From the IMG/VR virus record IMGVR_UViG_3300012344_000017, positions 32,001 to 96,000 of that record: a stretch of 64,000 nucleotides of DNA; one strand, written 5' to 3'. Both the position numbers and the translations under genes were made by a program. The number at the start of each line of letters is the position of its first letter. Position 1 is the stretch's first letter. Positions 48,662 to 57,658 of this stretch are shown here, piece after piece. The notes beneath the pieces are model-generated. The model searched no databases, had not been told where the DNA came from, and saw nothing but the letters and a program-made list of their open reading frames with translations. The DNA comes from a virus. Lineage: Duplodnaviria; Caudoviricetes.

Positions 48662-49219
48662 TTAAACGTTTAAATTATTTTTAATTTTCCTACGAGTGCG
48701 ACTTAACGCAGCTTTTATAGTGCCAGTAGGAGTTTTTAGCACTTTACTAATCTCATCAACTGTTAGATCTTCTACATAAAACAAATTAAAGATTTTCTGT
48801 GTCTTCTTTGGGAGCTTTTTAAACTCCTTTAAAAGAGATTCGTACTCAAGAAGATTGACAAGATCTCCTTCTTCTGAAGAATTAGTTAATTCCTCTGGTA
48901 GTCGGCCAGTGTTATCTCCTAATTCCATAGACCTTTCTTTTATTTTGCGTAGATAATCTATAGCTGTTCGATTAGCTATAATTCTCAGCCATCCGCCAAA
49001 AGACGAATAATCTGTGAATGTCGAGAGTTTCTGATGAACCTTTAGAAATACTACATTAGTAAGATCTTTGGCTTCATCCATGTCGTTCACGTAACTAAAG
49101 AGCACGTTGTCAACGAACTCTTTGTAACGGTTAAACAGTTTGTTAAACGCAAGTTCATTTCCCTTTTGCGCTTCTTTTATGGTCTCAATCTCAGATTGGG
49201 TGATACGTTGATACTCCAT
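48662..49219 (-). CDS. ECF-type sigma-70 factor
   Basis: Region 2: AKDLTNVVFLKV...FGGWLRIIANRTAIDYLRK. Region 4: LTVDEISKVLKTPTGTIKAALSRTR. Confidence 0.92.
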   Translation of the reverse strand: MEYQRITQSEIETIKEAQKGNELAFNKLFNRYKEFVDNVLFSYVNDMDEAKDLTNVVFLKVHQKLSTFTDYSSFGGWLRIIANRTAIDYLRKIKERSMELGDNTGRLPEELTNSSEEGDLVNLLEYESLLKEFKKLPKKTQKIFNLFYVEDLTVDEISKVLKTPTGTIKAALSRTRRKIKNNLNV

Positions 49220-49262
49220 AATTGGAGCGTAGGGGAGATTCCTCTCGCCCTACGCCTTGTCT

Positions 49263-49667
49263 CTAGAATGGCAAATCGTATGCGAACTTTTGCTGAAACA
49301 CACTTTGTACATTATGTACAAAGTTATATTGGAGTTGGATTTTTAAATTATCCCCGCCTGTTTTGAGGTCTGTTTTATTTAAGACACCCGTTGCTATACG
49401 TAGGCGAACTCCAACTGTTCTCATTTCAAGAGGTTCGAGGACGATTCTGTTCATAATCCATTTTCCGATTTCTCTTAACTTTGGATTTAAACATACTTCA
49501 TCTAAACACTTGTCATCTAGGTAATCGCCATGACAAAAGATGTGAGGTTCGTTCCAGATTTCCAAATCGGAATTCTTTAACTTGTTTATAACCTCCTCAA
49601 TTGTATCGGCGGAATCGTGACAGGATAATTTTAACCTGTTTCTTAGTATTAAAGGGAAATACTCCAT
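49263..49667 (-). CDS. Hypothetical protein ending DLPF (TAG stop)
   Basis: 134 aa; an SSB-like DLPF terminus directly before TAG. Confidence 0.7.
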   Translation of the reverse strand: MEYFPLILRNRLKLSCHDSADTIEEVINKLKNSDLEIWNEPHIFCHGDYLDDKCLDEVCLNPKLREIGKWIMNRIVLEPLEMRTVGVRLRIATGVLNKTDLKTGGDNLKIQLQYNFVHNVQSVFQQKFAYDLPF

Positions 49668-49673
49668 TGTTTG

Positions 49674-50171
49674 TTATTTTTGGTTGAACGTTCTTTCGAT
49701 GTACTTTATAAAGCCATCCAAATATTCGTCAACGTCTACATGATTACGAATGTAATTCTTACAATTCTCATCAAAGACGCCAGAGACTTGATAAATACAT
49801 TCTATGTACTTATAGTGCTTCTGAAACCATTGCACCCAAGTTTGTACCCATTTCCAAAAAGATAGTTCTCCTTGTTCAAACTTAGGATTAATGCTTTCCA
49901 TATTTATAGAATAAGCAAAATTAAATTCTTGCTTACCTTTATGTATACCAAGAGCCTTCCTTACTGATGAATTTTTTTCATCTTTTGTAATATATATCGC
50001 CACATTCTCTTTGTATACTCTATCTATCCATCGTTCCTTAACTTTGTACGAAACACGATCTTTTGGATCGAGCTGGAGGTTTACTAATCTTCCAAATTCA
50101 GTACACCATTTAAGTGCGAGGTTGACGACATAAGGACATCTGTCCCGGATCATCGCTTTATAACCCTTCAT
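49674..50171 (-). CDS. Hypothetical protein
   Basis: 165 aa ORF. Confidence 0.7.
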   Translation of the reverse strand: MKGYKAMIRDRCPYVVNLALKWCTEFGRLVNLQLDPKDRVSYKVKERWIDRVYKENVAIYITKDEKNSSVRKALGIHKGKQEFNFAYSINMESINPKFEQGELSFWKWVQTWVQWFQKHYKYIECIYQVSGVFDENCKNYIRNHVDVDEYLDGFIKYIERTFNQK

Positions 50172-50178
50172 AACTAAT

Positions 50179-50241
50179 TGGAGAAGAGCAAGGAATCGAA
50201 CCTTGCGAATCTAGCAAAGCTAGTATATACCAGATCTTCTC
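50179..50241 (-). ncRNA. Mini tRNA-like element with encoded CCA, directly 3' of the tmRNA coding piece
   Basis: GAGAAGA TCTGG TATATA CTAGC-TTT-GCTAG ATTCG CAAGG-TTCGATT-CCTTG C TCTTCT CCA. Confidence 0.6.
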
Positions 50242-50249
50242 TCTCCACT

Positions 50250-50530
50250 TAGGTAGGAAACACCTAGACTATACTTACGCTACGCAAGTATAGTCTACAA
50301 TGTTGTTTACATTGTCGTTTGTATTTAGTATAGTGCTTAATGTATTTACTTCCTCTGTCTGTCAAAAGCCAAAACACGCCCGTATAGGTAGTTTTACAAC
50401 ATGCCCAGGTTGCCCAAACGGAGTCTAAACGTAGAAGAGATACCTCTAATAGACTTATCGTAGGGGGAAGAAGAACGTGGACGTGAGGGGAATCGAACCC
50501 CTGTCCAAACAGATTAACTCATACACACTT
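50250..50530 (-). ncRNA. ssrA: Circularly permuted (two-piece) tmRNA: acceptor piece ~50530-50478, coding piece 50381-~50250
   Basis: GGAC AGGGG-TTCGATT-CCCCT CACGTCC A lies upstream of GGGCGTG TTTTGG CTTTTGAC. The 7-bp acceptor stem has G3.U70 and A73. Tag ORF 50322-50275 (TNDNVNNIVDYTCVA*) has its stop in a long hairpin. Outer ends are approximate. Confidence 0.85.
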
Positions 50531-50697
50531 TACTTTCTTTGTAAATGTTCTAATGATCAGTTAGAACATTTGATTTAAGCCATATAGGAGTCGTTCTAAG
50601 ACACTTTTGACAGCATCATGGGTAATTACTCCACTTATCTCCTAGAATGTCTTAGAACGCATTTAAACATGACTAGAAATATATATAGTGACCCTCA

Positions 50698-50991
50698 TGA
50701 TACGAAGATACTTAGAGGACTATATTCAGCATTTTTGATATTCCATGCAGGGTTCGCTAGTTGATGTTATCTCAAGTAAGTGCTCCCCGATACAAAGATA
50801 CACACACGGTCTATTGTTTGATCTACTGGCTCCAATTATGCATGTGGAGTTCATGTCATTCTTTCCCTATCTTGATACGAAGATACTACGATAGGAATGT
50901 TAGCTCATTCTTTTACCCATTGAGTGTCCTGATCGCCCACTGGCATCTGCGCTGTAGTCTATTAGGGTTATGGGCGTGATACGAAGATACT
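50698..50991. repeat. Three exact 15-mers TGATACGAAGATACT (50698, 50873, 50977), each closed by a different stem; one-mismatch copy at 44148
   Basis: Closing stems are CCTC/GAGG, CCTATC/GATAGG and GGGC/GCCC; AAGCA/TGCTT for the 44148 copy. Confidence 0.8.
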
Positions 50992-51007
50992 TGCCCTGGA
51001 AAGAATA

Positions 51008-51499
51008 CTAGTCGCGAAAGTTGTAACGCTCATAGTACCAGTAACCTGGATACTTTGACTGGAGTTCGTTAATATGCTTATCGAACTCAAGGTTGAGATC
51101 GTTCATCTGCTTACGCTGATCGTCATCGATCTTCTTAGAAAGATCCTTGAACTCGTTAGGTGTAATTCGCTGGTCATCAGCGACTGTGGTACCGTCGTCG
51201 TTCTTACCAACGAGTCGAGCTAAGAGCTCCTGGCGCTTCTTCAGAATATCGAGAGTAATCTTGGACTTCGCACGGTCCTTACGGACATTGAGCAACTCAC
51301 GAATACGAAGATAATCAGCGCACTTGATAACTGCCTTGAGCTCTTCAATCTTGCGTTTCTCTTCGTCCTGCTTGATTGACTCTGCAGCCTTATCTGCTAC
51401 ATCTGTAACAAGGTTGCCCTTCTTCAACTGCTCTACAACGTTATCAATAGTTGTGCCGTTCTGCTGCTGTGTAGCAGCCTTTTCATCTTTCTTTGCCAT
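51008..51499 (-). CDS. Hypothetical coiled-coil protein (TAG stop)
   Basis: 163 aa ORF. Confidence 0.75.
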   Translation of the reverse strand: MAKKDEKAATQQQNGTTIDNVVEQLKKGNLVTDVADKAAESIKQDEEKRKIEELKAVIKCADYLRIRELLNVRKDRAKSKITLDILKKRQELLARLVGKNDDGTTVADDQRITPNEFKDLSKKIDDDQRKQMNDLNLEFDKHINELQSKYPGYWYYERYNFRD

Positions 51500-51540
51500 A
51501 AATTTAATTGATTTAAATTGTTTATAAATGTTAATTAACT

Positions 51541-51762
51541 CTATTTGTCTTTTTCTTCAACGATTTCGCCAATACTCCACTCTGGGTTTTGTACTAACTT
51601 TTCACCGCTGTTATCAATTTCACTGTCTATTGGCACCAAGTGCGCGCAATTTGCCATTTGGATTAAAGCAAATCTTGCGTGTCTGGCCTGTTTTTCTGTA
51701 ACGTATTTAGCGTCACAGATTTTCTTTTTACCATTAGACCTCGTTATCGGGATCACGAACAT
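51541..51762 (-). CDS. Hypothetical protein (TAG stop)
   Basis: 73 aa ORF. Confidence 0.6.
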   Translation of the reverse strand: MFVIPITRSNGKKKICDAKYVTEKQARHARFALIQMANCAHLVPIDSEIDNSGEKLVQNPEWSIGEIVEEKDK

Positions 51763-51871
51763 AATCCAATGGATTTAAATGGTTACTAAACTTGTCACGC
51801 TTATAGGCCTTTTGTTTGGCTTCTGCATGACGTGGACGATACACTTTTTTTGTTCGTACAGTTCTACACAT
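51734..51871 (-). CDS. Small basic protein (45 aa), below the track cutoff
   Basis: MCRTVRTKKVYRPRHAEAKQKAYKRDKF...; fills the gap between neighbours. Confidence 0.5.
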   Translation of the reverse strand: MCRTVRTKKVYRPRHAEAKQKAYKRDKFSNHLNPLDYVRDPDNEV

Positions 51872-52292
51872 CTTTTAAGTTCTGGTTAATTTGTTTGAAC
51901 ACTAAAATGTCCTCGTTTGTAAGTCCATATTGTGTACGCATCTTAGTGCTTACACCTTTTGCCAAAGTCTTAATTGCCTGAATTAAAGCCTCATCATGTG
52001 GATGATTAATCACATCCTCACTAACGGCTAATGTAAGCTTAAGACTCTGACCAAAGAACTTACCAAATCTACGCTGAACATAGATGCAAGAACTTTCAAC
52101 TATGGATAATTCTACTGGCGATTGGGCGGTAGCATTCTTTACAAGAATAGAGCATACTTCGGATTCATCCATGCAAATGCCACGTACCTGCCCTGTTGCA
52201 ATACCACTAGTTTGTAGAACGTCGCCAAGTGTAGAAATTGTACCAACTGTTATATTGGCTCCATCGTACGATAATAAAATATACCTCTTCAT
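51864..52292 (-). CDS. Hypothetical protein (TAG stop)
   Basis: 142 aa ORF. Confidence 0.7.
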   Translation of the reverse strand: MKRYILLSYDGANITVGTISTLGDVLQTSGIATGQVRGICMDESEVCSILVKNATAQSPVELSIVESSCIYVQRRFGKFFGQSLKLTLAVSEDVINHPHDEALIQAIKTLAKGVSTKMRTQYGLTNEDILVFKQINQNLKDV

Positions 52293-52294
52293 AG

Positions 52295-52801
52295 TTAATC
52301 CTCTGCAGAATGAGTTATTGTAATTTTAGAATCAGGAGACTCAGATTCTAGAATCTGAACCTTCTTTCCATCAATAATTGTATCTACCACCTTTGTGTTT
52401 GGTATATCCGGCGGAGTCATAACCTGATACATATCGGGCTTGTCTGGCAGATTGAGGTAGACACGTTTATTGTTCATAAACTCATTAGCAATTCCCATCT
52501 TCGTTACAGGGTCTCCATTTTTTTGGAGTACCGATACGATGTTCGGCATTACTTTCTCAGGAATAGAGAAAAAAACAGAATCCTGTTTGCGATACTGATT
52601 CTCGCTACGCTGATACTCAATAACGTCTTTAACCCCGACAAACTCAGGATTATCAATAGCGGTCATCATTTTAACGACCATAGCAGAGTCTGCTTCAAGA
52701 ATTTCTTTCTTGAAGTTCTCCTTAGCATCACATGACCCAAAGGTCAATAATGCGATAAGCGCAATAAGGGATGCACTCATAACCGTAAATAATCTCTTCA
52801 T
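52295..52801 (-). CDS. Putative lipoprotein
   Basis: Signal peptide with lipobox-like TFGS-C. Confidence 0.7.
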   Translation of the reverse strand: MKRLFTVMSASLIALIALLTFGSCDAKENFKKEILEADSAMVVKMMTAIDNPEFVGVKDVIEYQRSENQYRKQDSVFFSIPEKVMPNIVSVLQKNGDPVTKMGIANEFMNNKRVYLNLPDKPDMYQVMTPPDIPNTKVVDTIIDGKKVQILESESPDSKITITHSAED

Positions 52802-52965
52802 TTTGATAATGTTTTTAGAGATTTGACAATTTAGTTAATTATCCGGGATTTATAGATACACGGAATCATCTATTGTGATCTTACGTGGACTTGCACCACT
52901 TTAGTAGGCGTTTAACCTAATAAATCTTGGGGATGTCACTAGGACACCCCCTTGAAATGCAACTG

Positions 52966-53163
52966 CTAATTATCCAACAAATCTTGCCACACTGCCCAGA
53001 AGAATACGCATCCTACTAGCAGTGCTAAAATTAACCATATTAAGATAAACCCAAAAGCGAATATACTAATATTCTCTATTCCTTTTTGAATAATCTCAAA
53101 CAATGGTTCTGCTGATAGTATGATTACAACCATACTAATCACTAAGTTCGTCAGCTTCTTCAT
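52966..53163 (-). CDS. Small two-TM membrane protein (TAG stop)
   Basis: Start placed at MKKLTNLV; two hydrophobic segments. Confidence 0.6.
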   Translation of the reverse strand: MKKLTNLVISMVVIILSAEPLFEIIQKGIENISIFAFGFILIWLILALLVGCVFFWAVWQDLLDN

Positions 53164-53426
53164 GGTCAAGCAATTGTTGAATTTTACTAAAGTCTGAACT
53201 ATGTACAAAATAACATTCTAAGCCTTCGCTTGTATATTCTTTTGTAGCACCGATTTCGTACTCACTATAAGACAAAATACATACATCATCATTGAGCGCT
53301 TCTTCATACTCTAACAATGTAATATTATTATCTCGACACACTTTTGAGCGCTCTTACATCTTTGTGGAATCGACGTAAGTCTAACTCTGATTCGGACATT
53401 TGTCCATTTCTTTTTCTTTTTGCCAT
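53135..53426 (-). pseudogene. Hypothetical gene apparently split by a 1-nt frameshift near 53342
   Basis: MAKRKRNGQMSESELDLRRFHKDVRALK continues as VCRDNNITLLEYEE in the +1 frame at CTCAAAAGTG. Confidence 0.4.
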
Positions 53427-53428
53427 AA

Positions 53429-53623
53429 TTAAGGACGTATAAAGATTATTCCGTCTTCAATGCAAGAGATATTCTCTTTGTCATCTGAGCTTCTTACGTC
53501 TCGTACACGAGGACAAGAAAACAGGTTGTCAAATATACACCCCTTGCAATTGAATTGACGTTTAGCCCTAACAATGACATTTTTGATTTTGTAAATCCTG
53601 CCAGGACTAAGTTTTTTACTCAT
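53429..53623 (-). CDS. Small Cys-rich protein
   Basis: CKGCIF...C...C pattern. Confidence 0.65.
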   Translation of the reverse strand: MSKKLSPGRIYKIKNVIVRAKRQFNCKGCIFDNLFSCPRVRDVRSSDDKENISCIEDGIIFIRP

Positions 53624-54090
53624 GATATATCACCAATAAATGTTAGTTTTACCATCGGATACCCAACTCTTTGTTGTTGGTAATTTCCATTATGCTCATA
53701 GCCAATAGTTTTTATAACTTTTTCAGCTTTAGCCAAATGATAAATTAACCTTTTTCCAGTAGGTGTGTGAATAAACACAATCCATTTTGGCTTTTTGTCA
53801 TATATTCTATCATATGTTTTTGATAGATTATGATAAAACACCCCAATTCCATGCATTTTTTCAAGAGTTGTTAGATCTTGGTCTTTTATTATTACCTTAA
53901 TCGTAGGCTCTTTCACTAAGGATTTAGACGAATACATCATTGCTTTTCGACTAATTCCTCCAACACACACTACTCTGTTTTCTCCGTGGTTATAGCTGTG
54001 TATATACCCCTTAACAATCATTGGTTCCCCAACTTCTGTATTACTAGGTAGCAATCTTCTAACTACATCGCACATTACAAATTTACTCAT
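53620..54090 (-). CDS. Hypothetical protein
   Basis: 156 aa; ATGA overlaps at both ends. Confidence 0.7.
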   Translation of the reverse strand: MSKFVMCDVVRRLLPSNTEVGEPMIVKGYIHSYNHGENRVVCVGGISRKAMMYSSKSLVKEPTIKVIIKDQDLTTLEKMHGIGVFYHNLSKTYDRIYDKKPKWIVFIHTPTGKRLIYHLAKAEKVIKTIGYEHNGNYQQQRVGYPMVKLTFIGDIS

Positions 54091-54491
54091 TTTGGAACGA
54101 ATTTAATTTTATAACGTACAATTGATGAAATAACACCATTTCTCAGCTTAATACCGAGTGTTGGTTTAACAGAGAATTGCTTGCACATATTGATATACTC
54201 AACAACATTCTTTGAGACTGGAATAATCTCTGAGAACCCTGCCTTTGGATCATTGTACACAGCATAGAACTTAGTAGATTTACCATTAGATGTTGGTGTT
54301 TCAACAATCTTTTTGATACATTCTACCTTGCAAACCATAGTGTCAACTCTAACTGGGTCTGCTGCATGACACTTTGCAGTAACAAATAGCATCATTGCTA
54401 TAATAACAAGAGCTATGACCCAACCAGCCCAGTGATTGTCTGGCTTTTCGTACAACTTAATCATAACTATTTGCTCACAAACGATCCACAA
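54087..54491 (-). CDS. Hypothetical membrane/secreted protein
   Basis: TM segment WVIALVIIAMMLFVTA; the true start may be MIKLYEK. Confidence 0.65.
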   Translation of the reverse strand: MWIVCEQIVMIKLYEKPDNHWAGWVIALVIIAMMLFVTAKCHAADPVRVDTMVCKVECIKKIVETPTSNGKSTKFYAVYNDPKAGFSEIIPVSKNVVEYINMCKQFSVKPTLGIKLRNGVISSIVRYKIKFVPK

Positions 54492-54600
54492 CCTGTTACA
54501 GGGTATTTACCACTGCAACTTTTCACACACTTGGTACAAATAGATTTGATAGTAGGAAGAACATCTTTCTCCCACTTTGTTTTGTGATAATTTGCCATAA

Positions 54601-54879
54601 TTAATGAATAACTATAAATTTAACATTTGTCTTGCCTGCTCCTGGAACATCCTTATGCTTGTTGTTAACAAAACTATTAAGTTTGTTGTAAAGAGACATT
54701 GCGTTAACCTTACTTAACCCTGAAGAGAGGATCATTGTAGACCCTCCCTCCTTTGCTACAACCTTGTAGTTTACGTACTCAGCATCTGTTTTACCTTTTG
54801 CTGATTGCGGTTTAACTACTTGGTTATGCGTCTGTGTATTGTGCTTCTTCATCGAACCATGGTTTACAATCCTCACCAA
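54601..54879 (-). CDS. Hypothetical protein
   Basis: ORF in the early operon; start uncertain. Confidence 0.6.
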   Translation of the reverse strand: MVRIVNHGSMKKHNTQTHNQVVKPQSAKGKTDAEYVNYKVVAKEGGSTMILSSGLSKVNAMSLYNKLNSFVNNKHKDVPGAGKTNVKFIVIH

Positions 54880-55231
54880 TGTTTTTAATCACTTCTGGCT
54901 CACTGAGCCTATCTTCTGCGATACTAGCAATAGATACAGCCATCTTCTCTAAGGATTTAATATCTGATACCTTGTTGTGGTTACCATTAATGTCCATTGA
55001 GACAATAATTGACTGTTCGCCCGTCTCTTCGTTGTGAGATGTACCAATTGACTCAAGTGCAGGAATTTTCTTTCTCCACTTGCTCTCAATGTAATTTGGA
55101 CTGTCAAAATCCACATGATCTGGATCAAAGGTAACTGTTGCTACTACCTTTGTTGCAATGCCATCTGCATATACAGACGAGTTTACTTTTGGGTATTTTC
55201 CACCCATCATTCTAGCTAAAATACATTTCAT
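54824..55231 (-). CDS. Hypothetical protein
   Basis: 135 aa with a TTATCAAAATTATG leader. Confidence 0.7.
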   Translation of the reverse strand: MKCILARMMGGKYPKVNSSVYADGIATKVVATVTFDPDHVDFDSPNYIESKWRKKIPALESIGTSHNEETGEQSIIVSMDINGNHNKVSDIKSLEKMAVSIASIAEDRLSEPEVIKNIGEDCKPWFDEEAQYTDA

Positions 55232-55309
55232 AATTTTGATAATTTAATGAATGTTGTTTACTTGTATAAGACTTACCGCTTATACTCGGTTTAAGAATAC
55301 CAAATATCA

Positions 55310-55543
55310 TTAATGATTTCGTATTTCATGATTACGTTGTTTTAAATCACCTAATATAATGAGAAACCCTATTGTTGTACACAATAATAGTATGTATAAT
55401 ATTAATATCCACAATGCTATTGTAAATAACCAATATCCTATCATTGTCAAAATTCCAAACGCACCTATTATAAATAGTATGTAACCACATCCTGTAATCG
55501 GACATGGCTCAGGAATACCTGTTACATCAATATCTTCGTGCAT
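55310..55543 (-). CDS. Small membrane protein
   Basis: Highly hydrophobic; TAATG overlap with the upstream gene. Confidence 0.6.
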   Translation of the reverse strand: MHEDIDVTGIPEPCPITGCGYILFIIGAFGILTMIGYWLFTIALWILILYILLLCTTIGFLIILGDLKQRNHEIRNH

Positions 55544-55836
55544 TACTTAGAGTTTAACGAATCAACAACTGATTTAGCATTCAAATAGTCGGTACCCCAA
55601 TCTGTGGCTAAATCTGTATCCATAAGATCTAAACCACGTGTACCATCGAGAGAGTCAAGCAAAGTTTCAGTACTTCTGTAGTACTCATCGTATGCTTCTA
55701 ACTTAGCTTGTGCTTTACGGTTAAAACCATTTACATAGTTTGTTGCAAAACACGCACCAACAATTAAGCCAACTACACCTCCGACTATAAAGAGGTTAAG
55801 CTGCTCCATAAAAGAATTAGCTTTATTTTCTTTCAT
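55543..55836 (-). CDS. Membrane-anchored hypothetical protein
   Basis: N-terminal TM helix; similar layout to 57316-57555. Confidence 0.65.
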   Translation of the reverse strand: MKENKANSFMEQLNLFIVGGVVGLIVGACFATNYVNGFNRKAQAKLEAYDEYYRSTETLLDSLDGTRGLDLMDTDLATDWGTDYLNAKSVVDSLNSK

Positions 55837-55986
55837 ATTTATATGTATTTATTGATTAATTTACATAATAAAAACACACCTATTCTCGCGAACCAGTGTG
55901 TTATGAGCATCAAATAAAACAATGGCTCCTAAAGTATTTCGGAAGTGATTACTCAAGCATAAAGTCTCCCGAAGGAGACAATATGC

Positions 55987-56715
55987 TTAATACGCTGAAG
56001 TTGTACCTGGTGCTACTGGAGCTGGTTGACCTGTTGGAGGTAACGGAGACTGTGCTTGCTGTTGACCTGTAGGTTGTGCTGGTGCACCTTGGGCAGCACC
56101 TGCCATAAGACTTGTTGGGTCGAATGCATTTTGTTCTGCCTTAGATGTGGCCTGAACAGGATTACGGAAGAAGTGTTGTTCCATACGAGCACCTTGTGCA
56201 TTCTTTGAGTATGGCTCAATGTAGTGAGTTGTTCCGTTGGCATCAATGAAGTCTATCTGTACGAAGACTGCGATACTGTTACGGATAACTCGCTGATTGT
56301 TGCCATCAAGCGTAGGTGAACCGTCAATCTGATTTGCATAGCAAGGGCCTTTTGCAAATTCGTATTCCTCAAAACAGCCGCCAGGGAACTCGAGTAGCTG
56401 ACCCCAAGTTTCTGGGTCAGATGTGTATTCTGGAGATGTTTTGAAGTTTGCTAGATTTACGTCAAAGCCATCTTGATGTGTAGGATCAGCTGATGGTGTA
56501 GCATACTTCTGAAGAACCTCGAATATCTCTGGACTTAGATCGTCATCAAAGAGGACGACATTCTGTTTTTTGCCCAGAAGAGACTTTTTGTTCTTCATGC
56601 CGATTACCAAGAATTTACTGATTTTACCGTCTCTGTTCGCTTTCTTGGCTTGACCGATTGAGAGACTGATTGTTCTGAATGCGCCAATCTGTGCGCCTGG
56701 AATGATACCGTTCAT
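55987..56715 (-). CDS. Early protein with P/Q/A-rich disordered tail
   Basis: 242 aa ORF followed by the hairpin GTCTCC-cgaa-GGAGAC. Confidence 0.75.
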   Translation of the reverse strand: MNGIIPGAQIGAFRTISLSIGQAKKANRDGKISKFLVIGMKNKKSLLGKKQNVVLFDDDLSPEIFEVLQKYATPSADPTHQDGFDVNLANFKTSPEYTSDPETWGQLLEFPGGCFEEYEFAKGPCYANQIDGSPTLDGNNQRVIRNSIAVFVQIDFIDANGTTHYIEPYSKNAQGARMEQHFFRNPVQATSKAEQNAFDPTSLMAGAAQGAPAQPTGQQQAQSPLPPTGQPAPVAPGTTSAY

Positions 56716-57315
56716 AATTCTGCAGTTTTATGTTATTTACGCTATTTATTAATGAGGCATAAACAAAAGAAGATGAGTGAAAGGTTCGATAGACAGGAGA
56801 GAGATAGATTCTCACCCTTATGTCTTCCAATAAGCCATTCTCAACTTAATTTGTTTAATCTCGTCTTTTAGGAGAATTTGTTTATTAGTTGCTAAGCAAG
56901 AATGCCAAGTAAGCAAGGTTGTGTATTGATGGAGGGTGGAAGTGTCCTGCATAATAGTCGTATTTTCTTTCTACCTTCTTGTAGGTATGGAGTATATTTA
57001 TATACGAAATACCTTTCTTAGTTCTTTCTTTTCAGAGAGAAACACAGAAAGAGAATATATAAGAGAAAGATATAAAGAGAGAGTTCATCTCTCTTATTAC
57101 CGTTTTTAAGGAGCAGATGTTTATTAGATGCTCAGCAGCAGCGTGAATACACCCACGTACAAGCAAGAATGTGAATGTTGCCAGCAGTGAGTGTACTAAA
57201 ATATGCTCTCAGACGCATTTTAAGGCACCTACAAGCGCGTATCTCAATCCTACTGAACAATTACCCAGCGTGTACATTTTAATGCCTTAGAGAGCAAATT
57301 AGACACAAGGCCCGC

Positions 57316-57555
57316 TTATTTAGCGAGCTTTGCATCCAACTGTGATGATACGTAAAGGTAAGAACTCATCTGGTCCCCGCCATCCATGTCATAAACATTA
57401 TTGCGATCCATAATAGAATCAGCAAGCCGTCCTTTAAGGATAGCAAGTTTGTATGTTGCTCTGTATCTGGATTTGCATCCATGCCAACCACACTGAACGC
57501 CAAGAACAAATGATACAACACACACTAAAGTTGAGATAATGATAGTCTTTTTCAT
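57316..57555 (-). CDS. Membrane-anchored hypothetical protein
   Basis: 79 aa with an N-terminal TM helix. Confidence 0.65.
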   Translation of the reverse strand: MKKTIIISTLVCVVSFVLGVQCGWHGCKSRYRATYKLAILKGRLADSIMDRNNVYDMDGGDQMSSYLYVSSQLDAKLAK

Positions 57556-57658
57556 ATTGATTATGTTTTAATTATTAATATTAACAAACTTTCTAAGTTT
57601 GCTGTGTCGTTTGATAGATGAAGTTTTTTCTTAGTTGCTAAGAGGATAAGACCCCAGA

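Noticed and set aside
50698-50991. CRISPR mini-array
   Set aside because: The repeat is only 15 nt with irregular spacing (175 and 104 nt) and there are no cas genes.
41880-55245. TTATCAAAA(TT)ATG repeated before several start codons as a novel regulator
   Set aside because: Most simply an A-rich, SD-less Bacteroidota-type translation initiation region.
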